A model generated the notes under the pieces. The model made no database searches. It was not told the DNA's origin and saw nothing but the letters and a program-made list of their open reading frames with translations. Below, piece after piece: positions 29,601 to 39,409 of a stretch of 61,865 nt of DNA; positions within the stretch are counted from its first letter, which is position 1; every line of letters begins with the position of its first letter. Origin of the DNA: an uncultured Gammaproteobacteria bacterium (GTDB lineage: Bacteria; Patescibacteriota; Patescibacteriia; UBA1558; 2-01-FULL-52-15); NCBI GenBank assembly GCA_964487895.1, contig CAZASM010000002.1, forward strand, positions 1 to 61,865, in the 5' to 3' direction. The translations under genes and the position numbers were made by a program.

Positions 29601-30077
29601 TTAATTCTTGATTCGGCGAAAAATCCAACAATAACCAGACGTGAGAGCTGAGAGAGATAGACTGGAGATTATTATCAGAGTTATAAAACTCCAAGAAAAA
29701 TTATAATAATGAAATCCGTTAGATAATCCCAAACTAACCCAGAGCAATAAACAGACTATCAGGGGTAATAGTAGACCAAGAATCAAGGTTGAGGCTGCGT
29801 TTGTGCTAGAAATAACTGTAATATGTACAAAATAGACCAGCGACAAAGAAACTAAAATAATGAGCGTTAATAAGCCAAAGTTATAGTAATGAAGGTCAAG
29901 TAGGATACCGACAAAAAGAGCGACAATGTAAGCACGACTAAGACCATGAAGCATCCAAACTGCTGTAATCCAGGAAAGCGGTAACAATAATAGTGAAAAA
30001 ATGGTTATTGGTGCCAAAAAAACCATATATACTATGGCTAAAATTGCTCCGATGAGAGAAAAGATGGCCGTTTTCAT
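29601..30077 (-). CDS. mreD: Probable rod shape-determining protein MreD
   Basis: 158-aa polytopic membrane protein located exactly between mreC and PBP2. The call rests on position and topology only. Confidence 0.5.
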   Translation of the reverse strand: MKTAIFSLIGAILAIVYMVFLAPITIFSLLLLPLSWITAVWMLHGLSRAYIVALFVGILLDLHYYNFGLLTLIILVSLSLVYFVHITVISSTNAASTLILGLLLPLIVCLLLWVSLGLSNGFHYYNFSWSFITLIIISSLSLSALTSGYCWIFRRIKN

Positions 30078-30081
30078 CAGT

Positions 30082-30816
30082 TTATTGCGTAATAACCGAG
30101 ACTAAAAAGTAATTTTGATAATTAACAGTAGGCTTAATGCTGGCTACTTTATAAACCGTCGACTCCGGCGCAGTGATGGTTTCAACTAAACCCACTACTA
30201 AACCACGGGGAATGGCACTCTCTAAACCTGAAGTAACTATCAACTGACGTGCTTCTAGATTGGTAGTGTTGGGAATAAATTGCATTGCCAGTGAGTTTCC
30301 TAATGAACCAACTACTAGACCAGTGGTTTCTTGGGATTCGGCTGAACTAACTGTCAGTTTACTAAAGTCGCTAGTCAATAGCTCGCCAATAGCTTTATGA
30401 TCCTGAACTTTGATTATTTTACCAATGATAATACCGTCATCAACTATTATAGCTTGACCAACCGCCACACCATCAGCACTACCAACTGCTAAATTTATTA
30501 AGTTACTATTTAGCAAATCATGGCTGGTTATATAACTAACCACGTGAGAGTAATTATGATTAGAGTAGAATTTTAGTAATTCTTTCAAGCGAGTATTTTC
30601 TTGAGCCACTTGATTCAAAGCGGCTAATTTGAGAGCTAATTGTTTGACCTCACTGTTATCTTCAGCTCCACGAATCGGTCTAATGGCATACTCCAGAGAG
30701 AAAAGTCCGGTAATAACTGGATTTGAAGTAAAAAACTTCGGCACAATGACCAAAGAAAGGAAGAAAGAAAAAACAGCCAAGCTACTGACCGCGATTCTAT
30801 TTTGACGTCTGCCCAT
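30082..30816 (-). CDS. mreC: Rod shape-determining protein MreC
   Basis: N-terminal TM segment, a coiled coil (ENTRLKELL), and beta-barrel domains with the SG...PRGLVVG motif. Confidence 0.8.
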   Translation of the reverse strand: MGRRQNRIAVSSLAVFSFFLSLVIVPKFFTSNPVITGLFSLEYAIRPIRGAEDNSEVKQLALKLAALNQVAQENTRLKELLKFYSNHNYSHVVSYITSHDLLNSNLINLAVGSADGVAVGQAIIVDDGIIIGKIIKVQDHKAIGELLTSDFSKLTVSSAESQETTGLVVGSLGNSLAMQFIPNTTNLEARQLIVTSGLESAIPRGLVVGLVETITAPESTVYKVASIKPTVNYQNYFLVSVITQ

Positions 30817-30825
30817 AGTTATATA

Positions 30826-31878
30826 TTATTTCCAGCGACCATCACGCGTCGATGGTAGAAGAATTTCTTTCAAATTATCAAAATCTTCCAAAACAATACC
30901 CGTACCGCGAACAACGCTAGTCAAAGGATCGTTAGTTACGGTGACGGGAATTTTGGTCTCGTGTTCGATCATCGTATCCAATCCACGTAACAAAGCGCCA
31001 CCTCCAGATAAAATTAAACCCCGTTGATACAAATCAGCCACTAATTCCGGCGGTGTATTCTCAATAGTGAGCTTAATGTTTTCACAAATGATACGTAACG
31101 ATTTTGCTAAGGCCTCACGAATATCAGCGTCAGTAATTGTTACCTCTTTTGGTAAACCAGTTATGACGTCACGACCACGAATAGTAGCCTCTAGCCTTTC
31201 TTTTAAAGGCTGGGCAGAGCCGACGTCAATTTTGATCTTCTCAGCCGTGCGCTCGCCAATAATAAGATTAAACTTATCTCGACCGTACTGAATGATAGCT
31301 TCGTTGAATTTCTCACCAGCTAACTTCAATGATTTCCAGGTAACTACGCCACCCAAAGAGATAACAGCAATTTCCGTAGTACCACCACCTATTTCAACTA
31401 TCATGTTAGCTGTTGCTTCCTGAATTTGTAGCCCCGCTCCAATGGCGGCTGCTACTGGCTGTTCTATCAACATTACCTCTCGTGCACCAGCGCTAGTGGC
31501 GGCGTCTTCCACAGCTTTGTGTTCTACTTCGGTAATGTCTAACGGAATAGCTACTACAACTCTTGGACGAGGCATTAAGGTAAAACTTTCTTTATGTACT
31601 TTGTCGATGAAATACTTCAACATCTTCTCTGTCACTTCAAAATCAGAGATAACACCATCGACCATTGGCCTTATAATTGTAATGTGTCCTGGAGTTTTAC
31701 CCACCATGGTCTTGGCATCCTGACCAACAGCTAATATTTGATCTGTACGATTGTTAATTGCCACCACTGATGGCTCATTGATAACAATACCTTGGTCTTT
31801 GACGTACACCAAGGTATTCGCGGTACCGAGATCGATACCCAGATCTTTAGAAAATTTACCGAAGAAGCTTTTCAGCAT
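30826..31878 (-). CDS. mreB: Rod shape-determining protein MreB
   Basis: DLGIDLGTANTLVYV, NEPSVVAI, DGVISDFE, EIGGGTTEIAVISLGG and LSGGGALLRGLD. Confidence 0.9.
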   Translation of the reverse strand: MLKSFFGKFSKDLGIDLGTANTLVYVKDQGIVINEPSVVAINNRTDQILAVGQDAKTMVGKTPGHITIIRPMVDGVISDFEVTEKMLKYFIDKVHKESFTLMPRPRVVVAIPLDITEVEHKAVEDAATSAGAREVMLIEQPVAAAIGAGLQIQEATANMIVEIGGGTTEIAVISLGGVVTWKSLKLAGEKFNEAIIQYGRDKFNLIIGERTAEKIKIDVGSAQPLKERLEATIRGRDVITGLPKEVTITDADIREALAKSLRIICENIKLTIENTPPELVADLYQRGLILSGGGALLRGLDTMIEHETKIPVTVTNDPLTSVVRGTGIVLEDFDNLKEILLPSTRDGRWK

Positions 31879-33124
31879 AAGTATCTGTCATGATTTTACT
31901 AATAGCACTTATATCAACTACTTCTGATGCACCAGTTGCTCGCAACTTATACTCCACCTGCGGTGCACGTTTATCACCAAAGATAATCTGTACTGGAATA
32001 CCAATCAAATCGGCGTCTGCAAACTTCTGACCAGCGCTAGCATCACGATCATCAAACAGGATATCATAAGAAACTGCTAAATCAGCGGCTAATTTTTCTG
32101 CTGAGGCACGAACCTCTGGTTTGTCAGAGATTAGTAGTATATGAGCCTCATAAGGTGTAGCTTGTGGGGTCCAGATAATCCCTTTGTCATCATGACTAGC
32201 CTCAACAATAGTACCCATAGCTCGACCCAAGCCAATACCATAAGCGCCCATGTAGATTGGCTTCTGTTTACCGTCTTGGTCTGTAAAGACAGCGCCCATC
32301 TTCTCAGTGAATAAAGTTTCCTGATCAAAAATGTTACCAGCCTCGACCGTTGTGGCGACTTCTAAGACGGTGGCACAGTTCGGACACGCATCCCCCACCT
32401 TTAATTTCGCAATTTCCATATTCTGAGCCCAGCCACATTTAGTACAATACAAGGTCTGATCTTCGCCAGCAGAGGTAACGACCATAAATTCATGAGAAAA
32501 TTTCTTACTCATGCTGCCGCCTGAAGCTTCGACAGAAAAGGCAGTCAAACCAAGTATTTTGAAAATCTTAAGATAAGAATCATGAGCCAACTGATAGAAC
32601 TTTGCAGTTTCTTCAGCTGAACGGGTGAAAGAATAGAGATCTTTCATGAAAAACTCTCGCGTGCGCAACATACCAGATTTAGCACGAGGTTCGTCTCTAA
32701 ATTTATTCTGAATTTGGTAAACAAAAACCGGTAAATCTTTGTAAGACTTAATCTGACGTTTTACTAAATCCACAATTGTTTCTTCATGAGTCGGCCCTAA
32801 GCCAAGGTCTTTACCACTGCTATCCTGAAACTGATACATCACACCCCCAACTTTATCTTGCCAGCGACCTGTCTGACTCCAGACTTCTTTATCTTGAAAG
32901 ACCGGCATTAATAATTCCTGAGCCCCTAAAGAATTCATCTCCGCGCGAATAACATTTTCAATCTTTTTGAAAACGCGAAAACCCAACGGTAATAAAGTAT
33001 AGACACCAGCCATATTTTTTTCAATAAAACCAGCTCGCATCAACAGCTTAGCATTGGTACTGACTTCGTCGGCGCTGATATCCTTACGTGTTTTACCAAA
33101 TAATTTACTTTGTTGGGTGATCAT
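31856..33124 (-). CDS. proS: Prolyl-tRNA synthetase, bacterial type lacking the INS editing domain
   Basis: Collinear with E. coli ProRS motifs (LMRAGFI.., PTHEE, YQIQNKFRDE, REFFMKD, GIGLGR). Only 422 aa. A C4 segment replaces INS (see findings). Confidence 0.9.
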   Translation of the reverse strand: MITQQSKLFGKTRKDISADEVSTNAKLLMRAGFIEKNMAGVYTLLPLGFRVFKKIENVIRAEMNSLGAQELLMPVFQDKEVWSQTGRWQDKVGGVMYQFQDSSGKDLGLGPTHEETIVDLVKRQIKSYKDLPVFVYQIQNKFRDEPRAKSGMLRTREFFMKDLYSFTRSAEETAKFYQLAHDSYLKIFKILGLTAFSVEASGGSMSKKFSHEFMVVTSAGEDQTLYCTKCGWAQNMEIAKLKVGDACPNCATVLEVATTVEAGNIFDQETLFTEKMGAVFTDQDGKQKPIYMGAYGIGLGRAMGTIVEASHDDKGIIWTPQATPYEAHILLISDKPEVRASAEKLAADLAVSYDILFDDRDASAGQKFADADLIGIPVQIIFGDKRAPQVEYKLRATGASEVVDISAISKIMTDTYAEKLLR

Positions 33125-33414
33125 AGTAGTGATTGTATTCTATTAATTTCTTGCTCTACTAGCGGACCATCATATTCCCCATTATGAGCAGAGCTAGCGT
33201 TATAATGCCTCGTCTCGGCTTTCTGGTCAACATGAAGGTTGAGCTGATAGCTGTCACTTATTTCTTTAATATACAGATGGTAGCGCGGCCATGGCTGTCC
33301 AGGTCTGAGACGTTTAACGCAGTTTAGTTCACCCGAATTATTACTATTAAGAAAATAACCAATCTTTCTGATTAGCTCTGGTAGTGCTTGCGTTGTCCGG
33401 ACGGTTATTGTCAT
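33121..33414 (-). CDS. Hypothetical protein (97 aa)
   Basis: Start MTITVRTTQ overlaps the rseP stop in an ATGA coupling. The stop overlaps the proS start. No family recognised. Confidence 0.4.
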   Translation of the reverse strand: MTITVRTTQALPELIRKIGYFLNSNNSGELNCVKRLRPGQPWPRYHLYIKEISDSYQLNLHVDQKAETRHYNASSAHNGEYDGPLVEQEINRIQSLL

Positions 33415-34526
33415 GAAGGAATAATTGTTTGTATTTTTTCCCAAATTTGTAAACCATAACGAAGAATATCTTGGTAAGTGACGAATACCATCAAAGCAAT
33501 CAACAAAGAGAAGCCAACTGTGTGAGCAATCTGTTCCACACGTTCATTCATTGGACGGCCCTTTATCTTCTCGATAATAACAAAGAGGATTCGACCACCG
33601 TCTAAAGCAGGGAAAGGTAAAATATTCACAATACCTAAATTAATAGAGAGAATAGCAGCGAAGCTAAGAACATAACTCCAACCCATCTTGACTACTTCAC
33701 CGGTAATCACAGCTACACCAATAGGCCCAGAGAGATCAGCACCAGCGCCACCACTAGTTACCAATGATTTGATCAAAAGTCCAAAAGCAGTCAAAATGCT
33801 AACCATCACTGCTAAAGTAGTCACTAATCCCTGCCACAGAGCTTGAAAGAAACTGTAGTGAACAATGGCCGTACGAGTCAGACCAATACCGATCATTGGC
33901 TCTTTGCCTGCTTCTAGTATAGCCGGTGTAATCAAAAATTCTTTCACAGCCCCTTGTCGTTGTAAGGAAAATTTAATGGCCTCTTTGTTATGTGTGGCAA
34001 TATATTCTTGCGTTCCGTTAATACTGGTCATTGGTTGACCATCAAGCGTAACTACCCAATCTCCAGCTAGGATACCAGCTTTCGCTGCCGGACTGTCTGG
34101 AGCAGTGGAAGCAATGACAACGTGTGAATCTCGGATTGTTAAAGTAGCAGCTTCTTCATCTGTCACTTGTTGCGGTAAACCCACAATGTGACCTGTAGTA
34201 TAAAGAACATAGGCTAAAGCAAAATTCATTAAAACTCCTGCTGACAAAACAATAATTCTCTGCCAAGCTGGCTTAGCCGCAAAACTATCTTGTTGATCCT
34301 TACCCTCTCCTGACTCGCCCTTGATCTTGACGAAGCCTCCCAATGGAATCCAGTTAATACTATAAATAGTTTCTCCTTTTTTGATACCGAAAATCCTCGG
34401 AGGGAAACCAAAACCAAACTCATCAACCTTGATACCAAATTTCCGCGCCATGACGAAATGCCCTAGCTCATGAACAAAAACTAGGACGCCTAAAATTATG
34501 ATGAAAGTAATAATTGTAACAAGCAT
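33411..34526 (-). CDS. rseP: Site-2 protease RseP (M50 zinc metalloprotease with PDZ)
   Basis: HELGHF zinc motif in TM1, a central PDZ (AAKAGILAGDWVVTLDG), and a C-terminal LPFPALDGG motif. Confidence 0.85.
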   Translation of the reverse strand: MLVTIITFIIILGVLVFVHELGHFVMARKFGIKVDEFGFGFPPRIFGIKKGETIYSINWIPLGGFVKIKGESGEGKDQQDSFAAKPAWQRIIVLSAGVLMNFALAYVLYTTGHIVGLPQQVTDEEAATLTIRDSHVVIASTAPDSPAAKAGILAGDWVVTLDGQPMTSINGTQEYIATHNKEAIKFSLQRQGAVKEFLITPAILEAGKEPMIGIGLTRTAIVHYSFFQALWQGLVTTLAVMVSILTAFGLLIKSLVTSGGAGADLSGPIGVAVITGEVVKMGWSYVLSFAAILSINLGIVNILPFPALDGGRILFVIIEKIKGRPMNERVEQIAHTVGFSLLIALMVFVTYQDILRYGLQIWEKIQTIIPS

Positions 34527-35077
34527 TAGATGGTCATGATATCAGTTTCTTTAGAATCGACGAAAGCTTTGATCTCGTCGTGAAATTCCTTCACTTGTTT
34601 ATCCAGATCATCGAAAGCACGAAACTTAGCATCTTCAGTTAGCACGCTAGATTTCTCATCAGTAGTAATTTGTTCGCGAATTTTTTCTCTCCGTTGTTTG
34701 ATTGCCACTTTCGCTCCTTCGGCTTTTTGGTGTAGAATCTTTACTAAGTCTTTTCTTTTTTCTTCAGTTAAAGCTGGAAAGTTTAAACGAATAATATCTC
34801 TATCGACTACAGGATTCAGATTGAGCTCACTTTTTTGGATTGCTTGCTCGATATCCTTCATCAGTCCCTTATCCCAAGGTTGAATAGCCAAAGTCCTAGC
34901 CTCAGGCACTGAGATACTTGCCAGTTGCACTAGCGGACTTTTTGCCCCGTAGGCGTCTACTAAAATAGACTCAACTAAAGAGGCTTGAGCTCTACCTGTG
35001 CGTAAGTTGGCAGCCTCAACCTTCAAATGTTCTAGAGCAGCACCAAACTCTTTTTTTGCTTCATCACGATAATCCAT
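34526..35077 (-). CDS. frr: Ribosome recycling factor
   Basis: LRTGRAQASLVESILVDAYG...LNLNP...IRLNFPALTEEKRKDLVK is canonical RRF. Confidence 0.95.
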   Translation of the reverse strand: MDYRDEAKKEFGAALEHLKVEAANLRTGRAQASLVESILVDAYGAKSPLVQLASISVPEARTLAIQPWDKGLMKDIEQAIQKSELNLNPVVDRDIIRLNFPALTEEKRKDLVKILHQKAEGAKVAIKQRREKIREQITTDEKSSVLTEDAKFRAFDDLDKQVKEFHDEIKAFVDSKETDIMTI

Positions 35078-35079
35078 AA

Positions 35080-36210
35080 TTATTTTGCTTTATAATAACC
35101 AATATAGGCTTCTTGTGGGTTACTTGGCTTAACTAGTAAGAAACGTGGAGAACCAGCTACAGGAGCTTTCTTGACTGTCCAATTGACACCGCCGTCAGCA
35201 GACTGATAGTAAGCACCATCAGTGATAAAGAAGAGCTCTTGACTATTGTTTGGATTCAGGGCCAAAGCAACTACTTTCTCCTGTGTCGGCTTATTTAAGA
35301 TAGAAATTTCCCTCCAAATACCGTCAGCCGATAGCCTGAAAATACCATAATTACTAGCGTAAAGCAATTGATCCAAAGCTGCTGGGTCCTCAAGTAAATC
35401 ATAATAATTCTTAGCTCCTGACAGTGACTGTAGCTGTATCTTTTTGTCGTTGGGTTTTTGCTTTGGATCTAGTCTGAGTTTCTCCAGCTCAGCAGCATTG
35501 AGCACTTCGTTTTCAGTCAAATTCTTCCAATTAATACCACCATCATCAGATTGATAAATACCAGAGGAGATTGTGGCTAAAAATAAGCGTTGAGTATTTT
35601 TTGGATTGACGATCAGCTTCGCTACAGGGCTAGGGAAAAACTTAATTGCTTCCCAAGAGAATCCCGCGTCCAAACTGCGAATCAAAGTTCCGCGCTGTGT
35701 ACCAAGATAAACGATGCGACTATTCTGCGGATCAACTGTCACAGTTGTGAAATATTCGCCTTCCAAGGAGCTCAAGTGAATCACTTTCCATTCTCGAGCG
35801 CAATCAGTTGATTTATAAATTTTATTGAAAACGGCGGCGTACAAGGTACAGCGACTATTAGGATCGACAGTAAGCGCATTAACAACGCCCTGACCCAATA
35901 AAGTATAAGACCATGACTCTCCCGAATTTGTAGTATAAAGCAAACCTTTATCTGCTGTACCGAAATAGATAGTGTTTTCATCTGTTGGATCGAGACTCAT
36001 AGAAATAGCGCTAGAGCCAGCGAAACTTTTTGCTTCTCCGTTAATTCCTAAGACACTAGTTTTTAATTCCCAAGTATCACCGCGATCAATAGTGCGATAA
36101 AAGCCAGCGACAGGAGCTGCGGTCTTGGAATTAGAGCCACCATTAATCTGGATGACACCACAACCGGTCAACAACGGTACAAGTAGCAAGGCTAAAGTTA
36201 AACGTTTCAT
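35080..36210 (-). CDS. Lipoprotein with BNR/Asp-box beta-propeller repeats (Ycf48/sialidase-like fold)
   Basis: Lipobox LLTGCG. Repeated S-x-D-x-G-x-x-W boxes (DRGDTWE, NSGESWS, DAGFSWE, DDGGINWK, ADGGVNWT). Confidence 0.6.
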   Translation of the reverse strand: MKRLTLALLLVPLLTGCGVIQINGGSNSKTAAPVAGFYRTIDRGDTWELKTSVLGINGEAKSFAGSSAISMSLDPTDENTIYFGTADKGLLYTTNSGESWSYTLLGQGVVNALTVDPNSRCTLYAAVFNKIYKSTDCAREWKVIHLSSLEGEYFTTVTVDPQNSRIVYLGTQRGTLIRSLDAGFSWEAIKFFPSPVAKLIVNPKNTQRLFLATISSGIYQSDDGGINWKNLTENEVLNAAELEKLRLDPKQKPNDKKIQLQSLSGAKNYYDLLEDPAALDQLLYASNYGIFRLSADGIWREISILNKPTQEKVVALALNPNNSQELFFITDGAYYQSADGGVNWTVKKAPVAGSPRFLLVKPSNPQEAYIGYYKAK

Positions 36211-37220
36211 AGTGATGATGTTTGAGCTAATTGTTTAATGCTTAAAATAAAATTTTCCCAACTCAACTGTTGGTTACTGCTACGAGTAGCTAGCTGTGCC
36301 CGTAAATGACTGACGCGTTGTAATAGTGCCATTAGTCCGTTGACAGTATAACGTTGAGAGACAGCTTGGAGTTCTACTAGCCGAGCTTGATTGACAACAT
36401 AATCACTCTGAACTTGAAAAAAAACAACATCACGCAAGAGCAACTCCAAATAATTCAATCTACTATTCATCAGTTGAAGTTTTTGCTCGACAGTATCTTG
36501 TGCCTTGATTGTAGTATCCAACCAAGCTTTCAAGGCACGAAAACTAGCTGTCAGATCACCTCTGAGCCAGCTCATTAACTCAGGGATCAGTAATTGATAC
36601 TCGGCTAATTGGCCACGCGCCAGAGTCATGGCTCGTCCTGGACGACCAAGACTTAACCCTAAAATTAAACTTAATTCAACTGGTGGCAGATTATATTCTG
36701 CTAGTAATTGTCTCATATCCGTCTCGGAGAGAGGTAATAGTTTAATTAACTGACAACGAGAACGAACAGTAGCTAAAACTGACTTACTACGTTCTGCTAA
36801 AAGAAAAAAAATAACACCTTTAGGTGGTTCCTCTAATAATTTTAATAAGGCATTACCGGCCTCGGTAGTCATAGTGTCAGCTCGCTCAATGACGATACAT
36901 TTGTGGCCACTGGCTCCAACTGCGCTAGTATGAGCAAACTCATTAATAGCCCTAGCGACGTCGACACTAAGACTGTCATCTGAGCGTAAACGATAGATAT
37001 CTGGATGAGAATTCTGTGCCAGCCAACGACAATCCGAGCACTGACCACATGCTCCCTCACCGACCTGACAAAAAAGCTCCTCAATGACATTAGTAGCGAG
37101 GTAATTTTTGCCCAAGCCAGTTGGTCCATAAATCAAATAAGCCCCGGCTGATTTTGAGGAAGCAATCTGCTGTTGTAGTACATTCCGTTGCACTGTATGA
37201 CCAACAAATGAAGCTTTCAT
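36207..37220 (-). CDS. holB: DNA polymerase III delta' subunit
   Basis: YLIYGPTGLGKNYLA (Walker A-like), the zinc module CGQCSDCRW, and SRC(Q) sensor motifs. Start set at MKASFVGH. Confidence 0.8.
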   Translation of the reverse strand: MKASFVGHTVQRNVLQQQIASSKSAGAYLIYGPTGLGKNYLATNVIEELFCQVGEGACGQCSDCRWLAQNSHPDIYRLRSDDSLSVDVARAINEFAHTSAVGASGHKCIVIERADTMTTEAGNALLKLLEEPPKGVIFFLLAERSKSVLATVRSRCQLIKLLPLSETDMRQLLAEYNLPPVELSLILGLSLGRPGRAMTLARGQLAEYQLLIPELMSWLRGDLTASFRALKAWLDTTIKAQDTVEQKLQLMNSRLNYLELLLRDVVFFQVQSDYVVNQARLVELQAVSQRYTVNGLMALLQRVSHLRAQLATRSSNQQLSWENFILSIKQLAQTSSL

Positions 37221-37257
37221 AATAGTCAGATTAGCATATTTACTAGGCAACAACAAG

Positions 37258-37707
37258 TTATAGTTCGTCAAGAGCCTGATTAACCAATTCATCGGCTCTG
37301 GCATTGTATTTGCGCGCCACGTGAGTAATTGCAAAATGAGAAAATTTTGTTCTCATTAGCTTAACCTGTTCAGCTAGTAACTTCAAAGAAGGTTCCTTGA
37401 TTTTATATAACCCTTGAATTTGTTTGACTACCAACTCACTATCAAGATAACAATGAATGGAAGCGACATGATGCTTCAAAGCTAGCTCCAAACCTGCTAT
37501 CAAAGCTTGATACTCTGCTTGGTTATTCGTCGTGTCGCCTATATATTTTTTTACGTGTGCCAGCTCAACATTGTTGGTATCAAATAATACGGCGCCAATT
37601 GCAGCTGGTCCAGGATTACCACGCGCTCCGCCATCGGTAAATACTTTCGCTGTCAGGCCTACACTCTTAGCTGATTTGCTTGCTGGTTGAAATAATGATT
37701 GGCGCAT
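37258..37707 (-). CDS. rnhA: Ribonuclease HI
   Basis: DGGARGNPGPAAIG, NNQAEYQALIAGLE, DSELVVKQ and NARADELV are the RNase H DEDD-fold residues. Confidence 0.85.
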   Translation of the reverse strand: MRQSLFQPASKSAKSVGLTAKVFTDGGARGNPGPAAIGAVLFDTNNVELAHVKKYIGDTTNNQAEYQALIAGLELALKHHVASIHCYLDSELVVKQIQGLYKIKEPSLKLLAEQVKLMRTKFSHFAITHVARKYNARADELVNQALDEL

Positions 37708-37711
37708 AATC

Positions 37712-39406
37712 TTAAGCGGGTTTAATATCTCTAATTTGTAATTGGATTTCCCGATTGCCGTTCCATTCGTTGATACTAATAGTATAGAGGACGTCCATCA
37801 AAACTGAACTATCCGGTACTTTCGTCACCAGACCGAAGCCAATAGCAGGAAGCGCTCGACCTCCTTGCATGATTTTGCATTTTAGATGGGTCGCATCCTT
37901 ACCTACTGCCTGACAACCGAGCAAGGAAACTCCGCGACTGATAAATACTGGCTCGCGATTTTGCATACCATACGGTCCAAAGCCTCGCAAGAGATCAACA
38001 ACTTGCCAAGTAATCTCCGTTAGCTGAATCTCTGCGTCAATAACCACCTCATCAAGAGTTGTTACTGACTCCATTTGCTCCTTCATCGTTGCCAAAACTT
38101 TCTGTTTGAATTCTTCAACATTACTTTCTAACAAGCGAAAACCGCAAGCCTGTGGATGACCGCCGAAAGCAATTAGTAACTCTTTAGCACTAGCTATACC
38201 TTCAAGAATATTCAAGCCTTCGAGGCCACGACCAGAACCAACAACTTTATCACCGTCGTGTCCCATAACGAAGCAAGGTCGACTAAAGGCCCGAACTAAT
38301 TTGCCAGCAACTAAACCTGTCAGTCCAAGTGGCCAGCTCTCGTCGTAGAAAAAAAGAGCAGAATCATCAGGATTAATTTCCTGTTTCTTGGCTTGAACTG
38401 TCATCTGTTCCGTTTGTTTCTGTCGTTCTTGATTAGCTTGGTTCAAACTAACAGCTAATTCATCTGCCGACTGCTCATTTTCCGCCATTAACAAGAAATA
38501 GGCTGCGTTGGCATGATCCATGCGTCCGGCAGCATTTATCCTCGGAGCTATCTGATAACCAATCGTTTCTTCGGTGATATTTTTTGGTTCAATACCAGCA
38601 TTTTTAAATAAGGCCGCGAGTCCAAGTCTGGTATTTTTTTGCATGATAATGAGGCCGTATTTCGTCAGTGTCCTCGTCTCACCCGTCATAGAGACCATAT
38701 CAGCTACTGATGATAAAGCAACGAGATCTAAGAGCCACTTTTCTTTGGCTTCGCGCTGCTCTGCTGTTAGGTTATTATCCTCATGGCGCAATAAACCTTG
38801 TGCTAATTTAAAAGCAACTCCCCCACCAGCCAATTCTTTGAAAGGATAAGTCTCACCGGCTACTCGCGGGTGAATGATAGCGAAAGCGGCTGGCAATTGC
38901 TCAGGTATTTGATGATGATCTGTGACAATCACGTCCATTCCTAAAGTATTGGCCTGAGCAATTTCGCTAGCATTACTAATACCACAATCACAAGTAATGA
39001 TTAACTTCTGACCTTGCTGACCAAACTCTGCAATCGTCCGACTATTCAGACCGTAGCCATCCTTCTCTCGGTGCGGTAAAAAAACATCAACCACGCCACC
39101 AAGTGAAGTCAAAACTGATTTCAAAATTGTACTAGCAGAAACACCGTCAGCGTCATAATCACCATGAACAACAATTTTCTCTTTCTTGGCGATAGCTTGA
39201 TAGATCCGATCACAAGCTTTCGTCATATCGCGGAACAAATAGGGGTCTAAGACATCACGCGTATAATCAGGATGCAAAAAAGCCTCAATATCCTGAGGAG
39301 TTTTGTACCCACGATGAAATAACAGCTGCAGGAGGCAGCTGGGCATTTCAGGAAATTCCGCGTAAGGATCAGCGGAGTTAGGTTGTAGTACGCGCCATTC
39401 AGACAT
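37712..39406 (-). CDS. recJ: Single-stranded-DNA-specific exonuclease RecJ
   Basis: DHH motifs (HGDYDADGV, ITCDCG, VTDHH) and the DHHA1 motif (GGHPQACG). Confidence 0.9.
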   Translation of the reverse strand: MSEWRVLQPNSADPYAEFPEMPSCLLQLLFHRGYKTPQDIEAFLHPDYTRDVLDPYLFRDMTKACDRIYQAIAKKEKIVVHGDYDADGVSASTILKSVLTSLGGVVDVFLPHREKDGYGLNSRTIAEFGQQGQKLIITCDCGISNASEIAQANTLGMDVIVTDHHQIPEQLPAAFAIIHPRVAGETYPFKELAGGGVAFKLAQGLLRHEDNNLTAEQREAKEKWLLDLVALSSVADMVSMTGETRTLTKYGLIIMQKNTRLGLAALFKNAGIEPKNITEETIGYQIAPRINAAGRMDHANAAYFLLMAENEQSADELAVSLNQANQERQKQTEQMTVQAKKQEINPDDSALFFYDESWPLGLTGLVAGKLVRAFSRPCFVMGHDGDKVVGSGRGLEGLNILEGIASAKELLIAFGGHPQACGFRLLESNVEEFKQKVLATMKEQMESVTTLDEVVIDAEIQLTEITWQVVDLLRGFGPYGMQNREPVFISRGVSLLGCQAVGKDATHLKCKIMQGGRALPAIGFGLVTKVPDSSVLMDVLYTISINEWNGNREIQLQIRDIKPA

Positions 39407-39409
39407 TAA

